Below, piece after piece: positions 1-8,568 of a DNA stretch of 64,000 nucleotides. Position 1 is the stretch's first letter. Each line of letters opens with the position of its first letter. Below the pieces are notes generated by a model that did no database searches, was not told where the DNA came from, and saw only the letters and a list, made by a program, of their open reading frames with translations. The translations under genes and the position numbers were made by a program. The stretch is taken from the IMG/VR virus record IMGVR_UViG_3300031687_000005. One strand, given 5' to 3'. This DNA is from an uncultured virus (IMG/VR IMGVR_UViG_3300031687_000005) (lineage: Duplodnaviria; Heunggongvirae; Uroviricota; Caudoviricetes).

Positions 1-100
1 TTTCTAGCTCCTCTACACCTCTTTGTTTAGCATACCTCTCAACTTGTGATTTAAGGTCGTTATCTGAAATGTCTAAAGTTATCGTTTGTGATTCATTCAT
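1..100 (-). CDS. Hypothetical protein, N-terminal part only (runs off the window start)
   Basis: ATG at 100 on the minus strand after an A-rich leader; open to base 1 (MNESQTITLDISDNDLKSQVERYL...). Confidence 0.5.
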   Translation of the reverse strand, partial: MNESQTITLDISDNDLKSQVERYAKQRGVEELE

Positions 101-126
101 CTTAGTCTTGTTTTAGTTAGTCCATA

Positions 127-154
127 GTTGGGAAGGAATCCCGCCCTCCCCAAC
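127..154 (-). other. GC-rich stem-loop (possible terminator or processing hairpin)
   Basis: GTTGGGAAGG...CCTCCCCAAC imperfect inverted repeat in an intergenic gap. Confidence 0.35.
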
Positions 155-191
155 GCTGACTTTTAAATCCATTACAGGATTAATTTAGTAA

Positions 192-278
192 CACTCACGC
201 AGTCACCTCTCGTAGTATGTCGGTGCAGTGAGGCAAGAGGGCAAGGGTATATATAATACCCTGCACCGTGCCCTGCCT
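192..278. ncRNA. Candidate structured RNA with nested stems and a possible pseudoknot
   Basis: Pairings AGGCA 231-235/TGCCT 274-278, GGGCA 239-243/TGCCC 269-273, AGGGTAT 244-250/ATACCCT 256-262, plus crossing CGGTGCAG 221-228/CTGCACCG 261-268. Confidence 0.35.
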
Positions 279-279
279 A

Positions 280-456
280 CTACCTTCCGTACTGCCTACC
301 ATTTAAGGTAGCACCTTGTTGACGGAAGTTCCTGGGGGATGTTTTATTTGAATGCGATACTACACCTTTCCTGTTGTCGCCCATCATTAGTTGGAACGCA
401 CTCTTAGTTACATTCTTTACTGTAGTATCTTTTGGTATTGGTTTAGCTCTTGGCAT
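280..456 (-). CDS. Small basic hypothetical protein
   Basis: ORF 280..510; ATG at 456 (MPRAKPIPK) preferred because it minimises overlap with the upstream gene. Confidence 0.5.
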   Translation of the reverse strand: MPRAKPIPKDTTVKNVTKSAFQLMMGDNRKGVVSHSNKTSPRNFRQQGATLNGRQYGR

Positions 457-742
457 CGTGTTTTGTTTTAAATCGTTTGGTTGTATACCCGCACTGAGAT
501 ATAGGCTCAACGTTTGTTATCTTAACTTCACACCCTAATGACTTACCACTGCTAGTTTTTAATCTACCAATCAGGTATTCATTAAGCTCTGGGTCGTTAA
601 GCATATCTAATGTATTACCTAAGCATATCTCCCTGCTAGTCTTGACGGATACTTTATCTATAAGAACTATCTCGCTCTTACGTTTCCCGTATTGTCTTAC
701 CTGATAAGTCAAAGCGTTGAAGTATATAGGAACACTATACAT
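443..742 (-). CDS. Hypothetical protein
   Basis: 99-aa ORF overlapping both neighbours in the operon. Confidence 0.7.
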   Translation of the reverse strand: MYSVPIYFNALTYQVRQYGKRKSEIVLIDKVSVKTSREICLGNTLDMLNDPELNEYLIGRLKTSSGKSLGCEVKITNVEPISQCGYTTKRFKTKHDAKS

Positions 743-1256
743 TTACTAAGGCTCTTATACTCTGCATATTAGCGTGTAATTCTTTATTCTCTAGTATTAA
801 TCTCTTGCAGAGAATCTTAAGTTCTTTATTGTCTTTAGAGAATACATTGTATGATTCATTACCTCCAGCTCCATAAAGCTCTTCGTTTATATAATCAGCT
901 AGCAGTTCATACAGTATCCTGTTCTTATCGTTTGAACATAACACATCCTCATATAGGTTTACATAATGAAGTGTTGTTGCATGGTGCTTACCTATTATAT
1001 AACCTAATTGATTCAGGGTTATCTTGAAGTACTCATATATTACAGAGATTATTATAGCTTGCGTCTCCACAAACTTTCTCTTCCTTGTACCTATATGTGA
1101 TAGCTCAATGTCGTTGTGTATATAAGCCTTTTTAAACAGTTCAATTATTATATCCTTGTTACTGCTTAATATACTCAGGGAATGCACTCTTTGCGAAGCT
1201 GCTGTCCAGGGCTTTAATCTGCTTGCTAATTTCTTTTGACTTGAGGTATCCTTCAT
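735..1256 (-). CDS. Protein with a DnaA C-terminal (domain IV)-like HTH and a C-terminal coiled coil; start uncertain
   Basis: RKRKFVETQAIII...ITLNQLGYIIGKHHATTLHY resembles the DnaA domain IV pattern R.R.....R...M....SL..IG..FG.RDHTTV.H. Confidence 0.6.
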   Translation of the reverse strand: MKDTSSQKKLASRLKPWTAASQRVHSLSILSSNKDIIIELFKKAYIHNDIELSHIGTRKRKFVETQAIIISVIYEYFKITLNQLGYIIGKHHATTLHYVNLYEDVLCSNDKNRILYELLADYINEELYGAGGNESYNVFSKDNKELKILCKRLILENKELHANMQSIRALVNV

Positions 1257-1347
1257 GTTTTTCTTTTTTAGTACTATCCAGACCTAGGTTAGCTTGAACC
1301 TTAGCGTTCTGGAATAGTAATTCATCTATCTTACTCTTAACATCCAT
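1159..1347 (-). CDS. Small hypothetical protein
   Basis: ATG at 1347 (MDVKSKIDELL) immediately after the GGCT stop. Confidence 0.6.
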   Translation of the reverse strand: MDVKSKIDELLFQNAKVQANLGLDSTKKEKHEGYLKSKEISKQIKALDSSFAKSAFPEYIKQ

Positions 1348-1348
1348 G

Positions 1349-1750
1349 TTAGAATAATAAGGCGTTAAGCCTGCTTGATTTCTTGTGTCCATAAATACCT
1401 GTGTTGTTTAGACGTGCTCTGTTTGGTATATGCTCGTTAAAGTATAACCATGCATAGTCTGTTATTAATTCACCTTCAGTGTCAAAGTATGTGACCTTAG
1501 TCTTTTCTCTCTTGTACCATTGAGGGTGTCCTTCTAGCATATCAAGGTCCTCAAGGGTGTGTCCATCAACTAGATAGACCTCCCCTGAGATTTGTGATTG
1601 CTTACTTGATTTCGAAACATAAGGAATGCCATCTTCATACATAACATACATGTCGTCTGTAACACCTGGACCTACCAGTTTAGAATCAGATAACAATATG
1701 TTATTATTAAATCCACTCTTCAATGTTCCGTATACAAATACCTTTTCCAT
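1349..1750 (-). CDS. Gamma-glutamylcyclotransferase (GGCT/AIG2-like)
   Basis: N-terminal VFVYGTLK motif, GEVYLV, LDMLEGHPQWYKR. Confidence 0.9.
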   Translation of the reverse strand: MEKVFVYGTLKSGFNNNILLSDSKLVGPGVTDDMYVMYEDGIPYVSKSSKQSQISGEVYLVDGHTLEDLDMLEGHPQWYKREKTKVTYFDTEGELITDYAWLYFNEHIPNRARLNNTGIYGHKKSSRLNALLF

Positions 1751-2532
1751 TAAACCATTACTATGTTTCCCCCGTTAAGGTCTGAAGATAATTCTTCGTT
1801 AATGTATTGCTTATATAACCCGATGGTAGCATCTATTTGTTTGTTACCATACTCGATAGCTTCAGGGCTCATCTTGTATATACCTACACCGAATGGTGCT
1901 TTAAGTTCTACCATAATGAAATAGAAGTTTTTCTTTTGTGTTCCGTTTAGGTAGAATGCTGCCTGCTGGGTTATCTTGTAGTCGTTGACAAACTTAGTGA
2001 AGCTTTCGTGGTCTGCTCCCTTGCTTGTTGTCTTTATGTCCACTAAATAATCTTCACCTTCAATATCTACCTTACCCTTACACTTAAGTCCAGTCTTAAT
2101 ATCCTCCCAGAAGTGAATAGTCTCACGACCTTCAGCTCCCTGAATAAGTTGGTTGGCGTTTAAGTTTCTGCTAATGTTATCATACATACACTCGAATGCA
2201 TGTTCGTAGTGAGCTGGTATAGCTTTCCTATCTCCAATATCTTCTAAGAATGCAGCGTACATTTCCTTACCTGCCTTAGTTCTCTTATCAATCTTTGGAG
2301 CGTATACATAACGCTTATCAAAATCAGCTGGCTCTAATAGGTAACAGTGGAATGCACTACCAACTAATAAAGCTTCAGACTCCTTATGCTCCATGTTTAA
2401 ATAATGTTCCAACCTCATAGTACTACCAGTCATCAGCTGCTTAAGCATACTATTGGTTACATACATGCTATCAGCGAAGTACGATTCATCGTCTACTATG
2501 TAGCCGTCTTCTAACTTCTTACTTTCCCGCAT
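1750..2532 (-). CDS. PD-(D/E)XK exonuclease, RecE/exonuclease VIII-like (DUF3799-type)
   Basis: SMLKQL...GSAFHCYLLEP...CKGKVD...DIKTT...QAAFY; start placed at MRESKK. Confidence 0.85.
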   Translation of the reverse strand: MRESKKLEDGYIVDDESYFADSMYVTNSMLKQLMTGSTMRLEHYLNMEHKESEALLVGSAFHCYLLEPADFDKRYVYAPKIDKRTKAGKEMYAAFLEDIGDRKAIPAHYEHAFECMYDNISRNLNANQLIQGAEGRETIHFWEDIKTGLKCKGKVDIEGEDYLVDIKTTSKGADHESFTKFVNDYKITQQAAFYLNGTQKKNFYFIMVELKAPFGVGIYKMSPEAIEYGNKQIDATIGLYKQYINEELSSDLNGGNIVMV

Positions 2533-2749
2533 TGATTGTATATTTAGCCACTGTTGCTGAATCATTCCATCTTGTTGGAACGCTTATGTTTTCTGTGTCA
2601 AACTTGTATCCTTGGTCTTTAAGGATAAATATAGTAGCGGCTAACCTAGTATTACCTAGCTCCTTGAATGCATCGAATGATGTAATGCTACCATATTCTT
2701 TTAGATAGGCTATTAGCCTTGTTGCGTGTGTGTCTTTTGTCTTACTCAT
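2519..2749 (-). CDS. Small winged helix-turn-helix protein
   Basis: RLIAYLKEYGSITSFDAFKELGNTRLAATIFILKDQG matches a phage HTH pattern (ITSxEA...RLAARIxxL). Confidence 0.75.
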   Translation of the reverse strand: MSKTKDTHATRLIAYLKEYGSITSFDAFKELGNTRLAATIFILKDQGYKFDTENISVPTRWNDSATVAKYTINAGK

Positions 2750-2957
2750 CTTCTATAAGTTTAAAAATGTGAGGAATTTCGTTATTATAATTTGCTCCTA
2801 CTGAGCATATAACAATTCCATATTCGTTTTCTAATACATACCTATCGTATTGCTCGCTGTAGTTTAGTATACTTCCAGCTTCTATGTTGCCTCTCTCGTG
2901 TTCCTGAGTTGTTACAACTATAACCCTACTCTGGCGGGTGCTCTTCTGATGTTCCAT
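2742..2957 (-). CDS. Hypothetical protein
   Basis: 71-aa ORF in a tightly packed operon. Confidence 0.6.
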   Translation of the reverse strand: MEHQKSTRQSRVIVVTTQEHERGNIEAGSILNYSEQYDRYVLENEYGIVICSVGANYNNEIPHIFKLIEDE

Positions 2958-3192
2958 CTTCCTTTACGTTTACTACTGTTACTCCAGTGTCTTGTTGTAA
3001 TCTCTTTAGCATAGCTACATCTATAACTTCCTGCGCTATTTCGGTTCTACGAACTTCAGGTAGTTCTTTATATAGGCATAAAGCTTCAGCGATAGCACTC
3101 TTATGGTCTAATGCATGTAGCCACTGTGTATATACACCAGTAACTTCATCATTAAATTGACTGACTCTCTTTTGTTTCTTGTTCGTTGGCAT
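2926..3192 (-). CDS. Hypothetical protein
   Basis: 88-aa ORF in a tightly packed operon. Confidence 0.6.
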   Translation of the reverse strand: MPTNKKQKRVSQFNDEVTGVYTQWLHALDHKSAIAEALCLYKELPEVRRTEIAQEVIDVAMLKRLQQDTGVTVVNVKEDGTSEEHPPE

Positions 3193-3565
3193 CTGTAAGG
3201 ATTCTAATTATTACTCCTGGGTTTTCTTTATCAACATGGTATCCATGAAAGTATGGTACTAAGTTAAACACGTCATCATCTTCTATATAGCCATACTTAA
3301 CCATGAGGTCTTGAACAGTTTGAGCTGGATTGATGTAATCAAACCTTCTCTTGCTATTACGTATGAAATAGAATGATATATGTAACGGTGTACTTAGTCC
3401 TTTAGTAAGCTCTAAGAATCTATCCTTGTTTTTTAGGTAGTCTCCCTTGCTTTTCTTTATGTATTCCCTTGTTGCCTTGCTGTTTATCAGCATTTTACCT
3501 GTCCATTGCTTACTGTTCTTACTAGAACTTACATTGAATGGTATGAAGATTTCATTTGATTTCAT
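3152..3565 (-). CDS. RusA-like Holliday junction resolvase
   Basis: PFNVSSSKNS...RRFDYINPAQTVQDLMVKYGYIEDDD fits RusA DxxN..K/Q...D.L...G.I.DD; start at MKSNE. Confidence 0.75.
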   Translation of the reverse strand: MKSNEIFIPFNVSSSKNSKQWTGKMLINSKATREYIKKSKGDYLKNKDRFLELTKGLSTPLHISFYFIRNSKRRFDYINPAQTVQDLMVKYGYIEDDDVFNLVPYFHGYHVDKENPGVIIRILTDANEQETKESQSI

Positions 3566-3594
3566 GATAGTGAATTCGTTAAACAATAAAATAT

Positions 3595-3626
3595 TGTAGC
3601 GAGCCGCTAGTCCCCAACTCGCTACA
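3595..3626 (-). terminator. Intrinsic terminator-like hairpin after the SSB gene
   Basis: TGTAGCGAG/CTCGCTACA 9-bp stem with T-rich flanks on both sides. Confidence 0.6.
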
Positions 3627-3635
3627 TATTTTTAT

Positions 3636-4184
3636 TTAGAAGGGCATTGAATCGCTAGCCACCTCAACATTACTACCAATGAATGCATCGTGTGCAGCTT
3701 GATACGCTGCTTGGTCTGTCTCTGAAAGAGTCTTGTTATAAGAATCCTTCCACGTAACAGATTTACCTGCTGCGCCTGCAAACTTATACTCTACCATCTT
3801 CTTAACTACAGGTGCTCCTGTTTCTTTATCGTTAGTCCAATACTCACGCTCTCTTAAGCATACAGTAATCTTACCGCCCATAGTCTCTTTACAAGCTTTA
3901 GGTAGGTCATTGAAAGACTTAGCTCCTGCTGACTGTAAGAATCCTTTAAAGATTTCAGTACGAACACGTGCTGCGTTCTCTGACGTTACACCTTTTTCTA
4001 CTCCACTAAATCTAAGGTTTGAAATACCTTGGTCATTAGATACTTTGAACTCTACATAAGGAGTACCTGTGTATCCTTGTTTTTGATTAGAGTTACTCAT
4101 TTCAACTATACTCACTTGGTGTATACCTGCTGGTAAATAACTTGCTTGTTCTTTTACCTCTACTGTGTTTAAATCTGGAAACAT
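3636..4184 (-). CDS. Single-stranded DNA-binding protein (DUF669-like)
   Basis: YLPAGIHQVSI start, acidic tail ending DSMPF, directly downstream of the Sak4-like ATPase. Confidence 0.7.
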   Translation of the reverse strand: MFPDLNTVEVKEQASYLPAGIHQVSIVEMSNSNQKQGYTGTPYVEFKVSNDQGISNLRFSGVEKGVTSENAARVRTEIFKGFLQSAGAKSFNDLPKACKETMGGKITVCLREREYWTNDKETGAPVVKKMVEYKFAGAAGKSVTWKDSYNKTLSETDQAAYQAAHDAFIGSNVEVASDSMPF

Positions 4185-4205
4185 AATTGTTTTCTTTAGT
4201 TGTTA

Positions 4206-4847
4206 CTATTTATAATACTCTTCACACTTTTCTATTACCTGTGCAAGGTCATTGTCTATATAGAGTTCATCGAACATTTCCATTGGACTTTTCGCTGAAT
4301 CTTTACCCTGAGATTGAGTTCTAAACCTGTGCTTAGTACCTCCATCTTCATTTGAATAATGGTTATCAGTGAATAGACATAGGACAAATTCCTTCTCTAC
4401 TCTCTTCTTCCATCTGTTACCGTCGACAGCTACAAATCTTTCTTGTACCCCGTCTTCTCCATCATAAGCACCGTCTATAGCTAAGTATATAATATACTTC
4501 TGCGTATTCTTGCTCATGTTTAGGATTCGGTCTATCTCCTTATTATAAAAAGACCATACATCAAAGCCTTTAAATCTCACATCAGCCTCTCTATATATCA
4601 TTTCGATAAGAGAAGTGAATGATTCTATCACGATAGTATCAATGTCTGGAGATTCAACAGCCTTCTTGAATGCTGTATTGAAAGTATTAAGGTCAGGGAC
4701 AGGCATATTCTTGAAGTTTTTTGCTCCTCTGAATGGTAGTTGCTTTCTCTCTGTGTTTAATACTGCTGTTCTTTCTGCGTTAAGGTTACGCAAGGACGAT
4801 GACTTACCTGAGCCACTCTTTCCTACTACTATAATGTTTGGTTTCAT
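4206..4847 (-). CDS. P-loop ATPase, Sak4/AAA_24-like recombination protein
   Basis: Walker A GKSGSGKS, IVIESFT, next to SSB and a RecE-like nuclease. Confidence 0.85.
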   Translation of the reverse strand: MKPNIIVVGKSGSGKSSSLRNLNAERTAVLNTERKQLPFRGAKNFKNMPVPDLNTFNTAFKKAVESPDIDTIVIESFTSLIEMIYREADVRFKGFDVWSFYNKEIDRILNMSKNTQKYIIYLAIDGAYDGEDGVQERFVAVDGNRWKKRVEKEFVLCLFTDNHYSNEDGGTKHRFRTQSQGKDSAKSPMEMFDELYIDNDLAQVIEKCEEYYK

Positions 4848-5071
4848 TTGTCTTTTGTTTTCAACTTTTTGTAGTCTTCTAGGTTATACGTTTTGGTTTT
4901 CTTTTTGGTAGCACAAACAAATTTCATGAACCCTCTAAGCATTATTTTCTCATCTTTACTTGCACGCTCCTTTATCTCAGTAAAGGTCTTATTAACAACC
5001 TTTCTGATGATTTCCTTGGAAAATGGGAGGTCTTTACTGATGGTATCTATAACGTCCTTCGATGTTTTCAT
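4844..5071 (-). CDS. HU/IHF-like DNA-binding protein
   Basis: SKDVIDTISKDL...VNKTFTEIKE...EKIMLRGFMKF resembles the HU fold; ATG at 5071. Confidence 0.7.
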   Translation of the reverse strand: MKTSKDVIDTISKDLPFSKEIIRKVVNKTFTEIKERASKDEKIMLRGFMKFVCATKKKTKTYNLEDYKKLKTKDK

Positions 5072-5079
5072 AGCTTTTA

Positions 5080-5087
5080 CAAATATA
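5080..5087 (-). promoter_or_regulatory. Bacteroidota-type -7 promoter box (TATATTTG)
   Basis: TAnnTTTG on the minus strand, 8 nt upstream of the HU ATG. Confidence 0.5.
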
Positions 5088-5100
5088 ATGTTTTTATTTA

Positions 5101-6393
5101 TTAACAAAAGGAATTATCATCAATATCTTCGAACTTAGTTAGATAGTTAATCCATTTAAGCCACTTACTACCGACTCCTATGTTCCTTCCTTTAGCAAAT
5201 ATAATCTCAGCCATTCCCTCTGTGCTGTTACCAGCATCATCGTTCTGTATATTGTAATACTCTGGTCTGTATACAAACACTACTGCGTCTGCTGCCTGCT
5301 CTATCTCACCTGATTCTCTTAGGTTAGACATCATTGGTCTGCATCCTTCGTTGCGTTCAACTCCTCTTGATAATTGTGATAGAGCTATGATTGTTATGTT
5401 AAGCTCCTTCGCAATATTCTTTAAGGACCTTGCGATGACAGATACTTCTTGCTCCCTGCTTCTTCCTTTAAGCATGTTGCTCACAAGCTGCAGGTAATCT
5501 ATCATCACAAGTTTAACGCCCCTAGTAATTACATACTGCCTAATCTTATTAAGCAAGTATCGTAAGCTTGTACTCTTACAGTCGTCTATATATAGTGGTA
5601 GTCTTTCGATTACCCCAGATGCTGTATGTATCGAACCCCACTCGTCGCTAGTCAAAGTACCCTTTATAAGGTATCTATTGTCAATCCCTGTCTCAACACT
5701 GATTATCCTGGACATTAACTGTGTAACAGACATCTCATAAGAGAATACAACGCTATTATGACCACCTCTAGCTGCGTTTGTAGCTAAAGCTAATGCGAAG
5801 GAAGTCTTACCCATAGATGATGCTCCACCGACGATTATAAGGTCTTGCTCCTGCCAACCTCCTGTGAACTTATCTATAGATTCAAACCCCGATGTAATAC
5901 CGCTTATGCCTAGTGATAGTGAATTCTTTTCTATAACCTTGATAGTATCCTTGATGTGTTCTTTAATGTCTACAATAGAACCTTGTTCGTTCTTGTTTAT
6001 ATCTATTAAAGATTTCTCAATCTTATCTATCTCCTCATTAACATCTGAGTCATTAAGGTTTACTAATACATCTTGGCATATAGACTTAAGCACTGTCTTC
6101 TTATGACTATTCCTAAGAAAGCTAATACATGTAAGAGTGTTATGCATATAACTAATACCGCTATCTAAGCACTGAGCTATATGGTAATGTATTGCATCAC
6201 CCTTAATCTCATTACTAGCTTTAAGCATGTCAAACTTACGACCTGCCTGATACTCTGCATCTAACCATTCATATATATCTCTATACACCTTGGTACTAAA
6301 CAGTCCAGGAGAAAGTATCTCACTATATTCATAGTAGTCAGACTTCTTATTTATAAGCTTACTTAGCAGTATTAATTCTATGTCATCGTTCAT
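5101..6393 (-). CDS. dnaB: Replicative DNA helicase
   Basis: GGASSMGKTSF, FSYEMS, MIDYLQL, LSQLSR, LRESGEIEQAAD, KGRN. Confidence 0.95.
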   Translation of the reverse strand: MNDDIELILLSKLINKKSDYYEYSEILSPGLFSTKVYRDIYEWLDAEYQAGRKFDMLKASNEIKGDAIHYHIAQCLDSGISYMHNTLTCISFLRNSHKKTVLKSICQDVLVNLNDSDVNEEIDKIEKSLIDINKNEQGSIVDIKEHIKDTIKVIEKNSLSLGISGITSGFESIDKFTGGWQEQDLIIVGGASSMGKTSFALALATNAARGGHNSVVFSYEMSVTQLMSRIISVETGIDNRYLIKGTLTSDEWGSIHTASGVIERLPLYIDDCKSTSLRYLLNKIRQYVITRGVKLVMIDYLQLVSNMLKGRSREQEVSVIARSLKNIAKELNITIIALSQLSRGVERNEGCRPMMSNLRESGEIEQAADAVVFVYRPEYYNIQNDDAGNSTEGMAEIIFAKGRNIGVGSKWLKWINYLTKFEDIDDNSFC

Positions 6394-6979
6394 CTCTACT
6401 TGTTTTATTGTTCATCCTCTTGACTAAGGCAGACTTAAGCTCAGGCTCATCTTCATACCGTTCATTCTTTATCCACCTCTCAGCGTGTTGGAATTCGGGT
6501 ACAAACTTATTACTTCTTTCTGAGTCAGCCTTATACTTTACTTGTATTTTAATAGCCTCCATTATAGTGGCAACAAGTTTCTCTTCAGGCCTTAGTCTCA
6601 TCCATTCAAACTTTGCTTTCTTCTTGCCTACCTTAATAGGGTAAGCCTTCCAGAATAATTCAAAGCCTTCTTCCATCTTCATCTTCTCCATACCAGACAT
6701 TCTTTTCTGTGGTGATGTGAATATGGACTTCGTTTTACTAGTGAAGCTTATGAAGTCATGCTTAATGATTATATAACCATAGTATTCAAGCTCACTGTAT
6801 GACGATTCTAACTGTTCATTTGTATAGCCGTATATATCCCTGAGTACCTCGTTCCCTATCTCATGTTGCTGAGTGGATGCATGATACTCAAGAATTAGGA
6901 AAGAGAGTAGACTTACATTAAGCCTAGCCTCTTCCCATAAACTTATGAGGTTGTTCGCTGCCTTGGTTAGTTCAGACAT
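6383..6979 (-). CDS. Putative replication initiator (N-terminal wHTH plus conserved phage C-terminal domain)
   Basis: FELFWKAYPIKVGKKKAKFEW...HAERWIKNERYEDE; immediately upstream of dnaB. Confidence 0.75.
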   Translation of the reverse strand: MSELTKAANNLISLWEEARLNVSLLSFLILEYHASTQQHEIGNEVLRDIYGYTNEQLESSYSELEYYGYIIIKHDFISFTSKTKSIFTSPQKRMSGMEKMKMEEGFELFWKAYPIKVGKKKAKFEWMRLRPEEKLVATIMEAIKIQVKYKADSERSNKFVPEFQHAERWIKNERYEDEPELKSALVKRMNNKTSRDER

Positions 6980-7848
6980 TGATTCTCCTTCATGTGCTTG
7001 ATGATTAGTTGTACAGCATTCTTAGATATATCACTAGAATTACCAGCAATGTTATCCATAACGCTGTCCTCTGAACCAGCATGGTGAGTTAGGTAGTTAG
7101 TTATACCATTAAACAACCCGTAATAAGTGTCGCCTTTCTCATTGAACTCAGTCAGTACACATTCCTCCACTAATCCTCTTCTCTCGTGGTATATGGCTGT
7201 CTTTCTTTTGTTCTTAGAGTTTGCTACTAAATCCATCACACTACTAACCAACTCACCTTGAAGTGATATGTCTATAGAATGTCTTTGCATAGTCTTCATA
7301 AGATTGGCTATACCTGTGATGTTATTCTTAATCATCTCATCTAAGGTGTTACTACCTTCTATGTCTGATATAGATTTAGTGTGCTTGATGATATGGTTCT
7401 TATCCTTATCATTCATTAGCGTACCAAACATGTTAGCACAACTGTGTATCTGATTACATACTCCGAACACTAACTTCTGACTACCATCGTGTGATGATAA
7501 CGCATACACATAGGTGTCTGCTTTCTCCTGACCCCAGTCAGACTGATGTGTAGTCTTGATAAAGAAGTATACCTTTCTGCCGTGGTTGAATACACCACAC
7601 TTAGATTCATTAAGGTCGTACTTGCCTTCACCTATCTTGTTTAGTACTACATCTAACAGCTCACTATTCTGTTTAACAGTGTATGCACTACGTACTGGAC
7701 CTAACGCCTCACCTGTAGTGTCATTTACTGTAGCAAAGAATGGTGTTACATTGTAATCATCGTTATGCACTACGTTGTATGTATGCAACTCGACCTTGCT
7801 AACGGTGAAGTCTAACTTCCCACTAGCTAAAAATTCTTGTCTATTCAT
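6967..7848 (-). CDS. DUF932/DUF945-family protein
   Basis: LDFTVSK, LGPVRSAYTVKQN, SSHDGS, CANM, YGLFNGITNYLTH. Confidence 0.8.
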   Translation of the reverse strand: MNRQEFLASGKLDFTVSKVELHTYNVVHNDDYNVTPFFATVNDTTGEALGPVRSAYTVKQNSELLDVVLNKIGEGKYDLNESKCGVFNHGRKVYFFIKTTHQSDWGQEKADTYVYALSSHDGSQKLVFGVCNQIHSCANMFGTLMNDKDKNHIIKHTKSISDIEGSNTLDEMIKNNITGIANLMKTMQRHSIDISLQGELVSSVMDLVANSKNKRKTAIYHERRGLVEECVLTEFNEKGDTYYGLFNGITNYLTHHAGSEDSVMDNIAGNSSDISKNAVQLIIKHMKENQCLN

Positions 7849-8032
7849 TTGAGTTATCTTTTTTGTCTTGTTTGATTTGTTCGTCTAACAGTAGCTCCTC
7901 GTATAGCAGGTTCTCTGCTTGTTGCTGTGCCTCTGCTTGCATGATGATAGATTCCATGTGATAATTACTATGGAATGATTCCATCTCTTGTTGTTCTCCT
8001 TGCTGTATAGCAAGCTCTTTCATGTATCCCAT
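7841..8032 (-). CDS. Small acidic hypothetical protein
   Basis: 63-aa ORF in the operon. Confidence 0.6.
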   Translation of the reverse strand: MGYMKELAIQQGEQQEMESFHSNYHMESIIMQAEAQQQAENLLYEELLLDEQIKQDKKDNSNE

Positions 8033-8037
8033 TACCT

Positions 8038-8229
8038 TTAGTTTTTTAAGTTTTCTGTTACCTCCCTAAGTATAGAGTCAAGTAAACTTAAGTGGTCTAC
8101 TATTGCCTTCACTTGAAGCTTGTCTTCTTCGGTAAGGTTAGGTCTATCTTCTCCGTAGAAATATTTAACAGCACCTCTACCTCCTTCAATTACTCTCTTG
8201 AAGCTCTCTTCGTTTTCTTGTCCAGTCAT
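8038..8229 (-). CDS. Small hypothetical protein
   Basis: 63-aa ORF in the operon. Confidence 0.6.
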   Translation of the reverse strand: MTGQENEESFKRVIEGGRGAVKYFYGEDRPNLTEEDKLQVKAIVDHLSLLDSILREVTENLKN

Positions 8230-8230
8230 A

Positions 8231-8461
8231 TTACTTTAATTCAAGTTTCTTTGTTACTATTATATCCAACACTTCATAGTTAGTAGACGAGTTTATTATA
8301 TACCCTCTACCCCTTAGTGCATCCATGATTTGATGACGATAGTTCCATAGGTCTTTATCCCAGTTTCTTTCGTTACATACAGATAGCTTAGTTGAACCTG
8401 TCTTCTCTACATGGTTAGCCATATTATCTATAATACTCTGTATCTCTTGTTCTACGTTCAT
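8231..8461 (-). CDS. Small hypothetical protein
   Basis: 76-aa ORF with an A-rich TAACTAA leader. Confidence 0.7.
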   Translation of the reverse strand: MNVEQEIQSIIDNMANHVEKTGSTKLSVCNERNWDKDLWNYRHQIMDALRGRGYIINSSTNYEVLDIIVTKKLELK

Positions 8462-8568
8462 GATTTTTTTTAGTTAGTTAATAATATATAAGGGCGCACA
8501 TGTGGTTTGTCAGGCTCGACTTGAATCACGGCATTAAAGGAGTCCACTCAATTCTCCGACCCTATATA

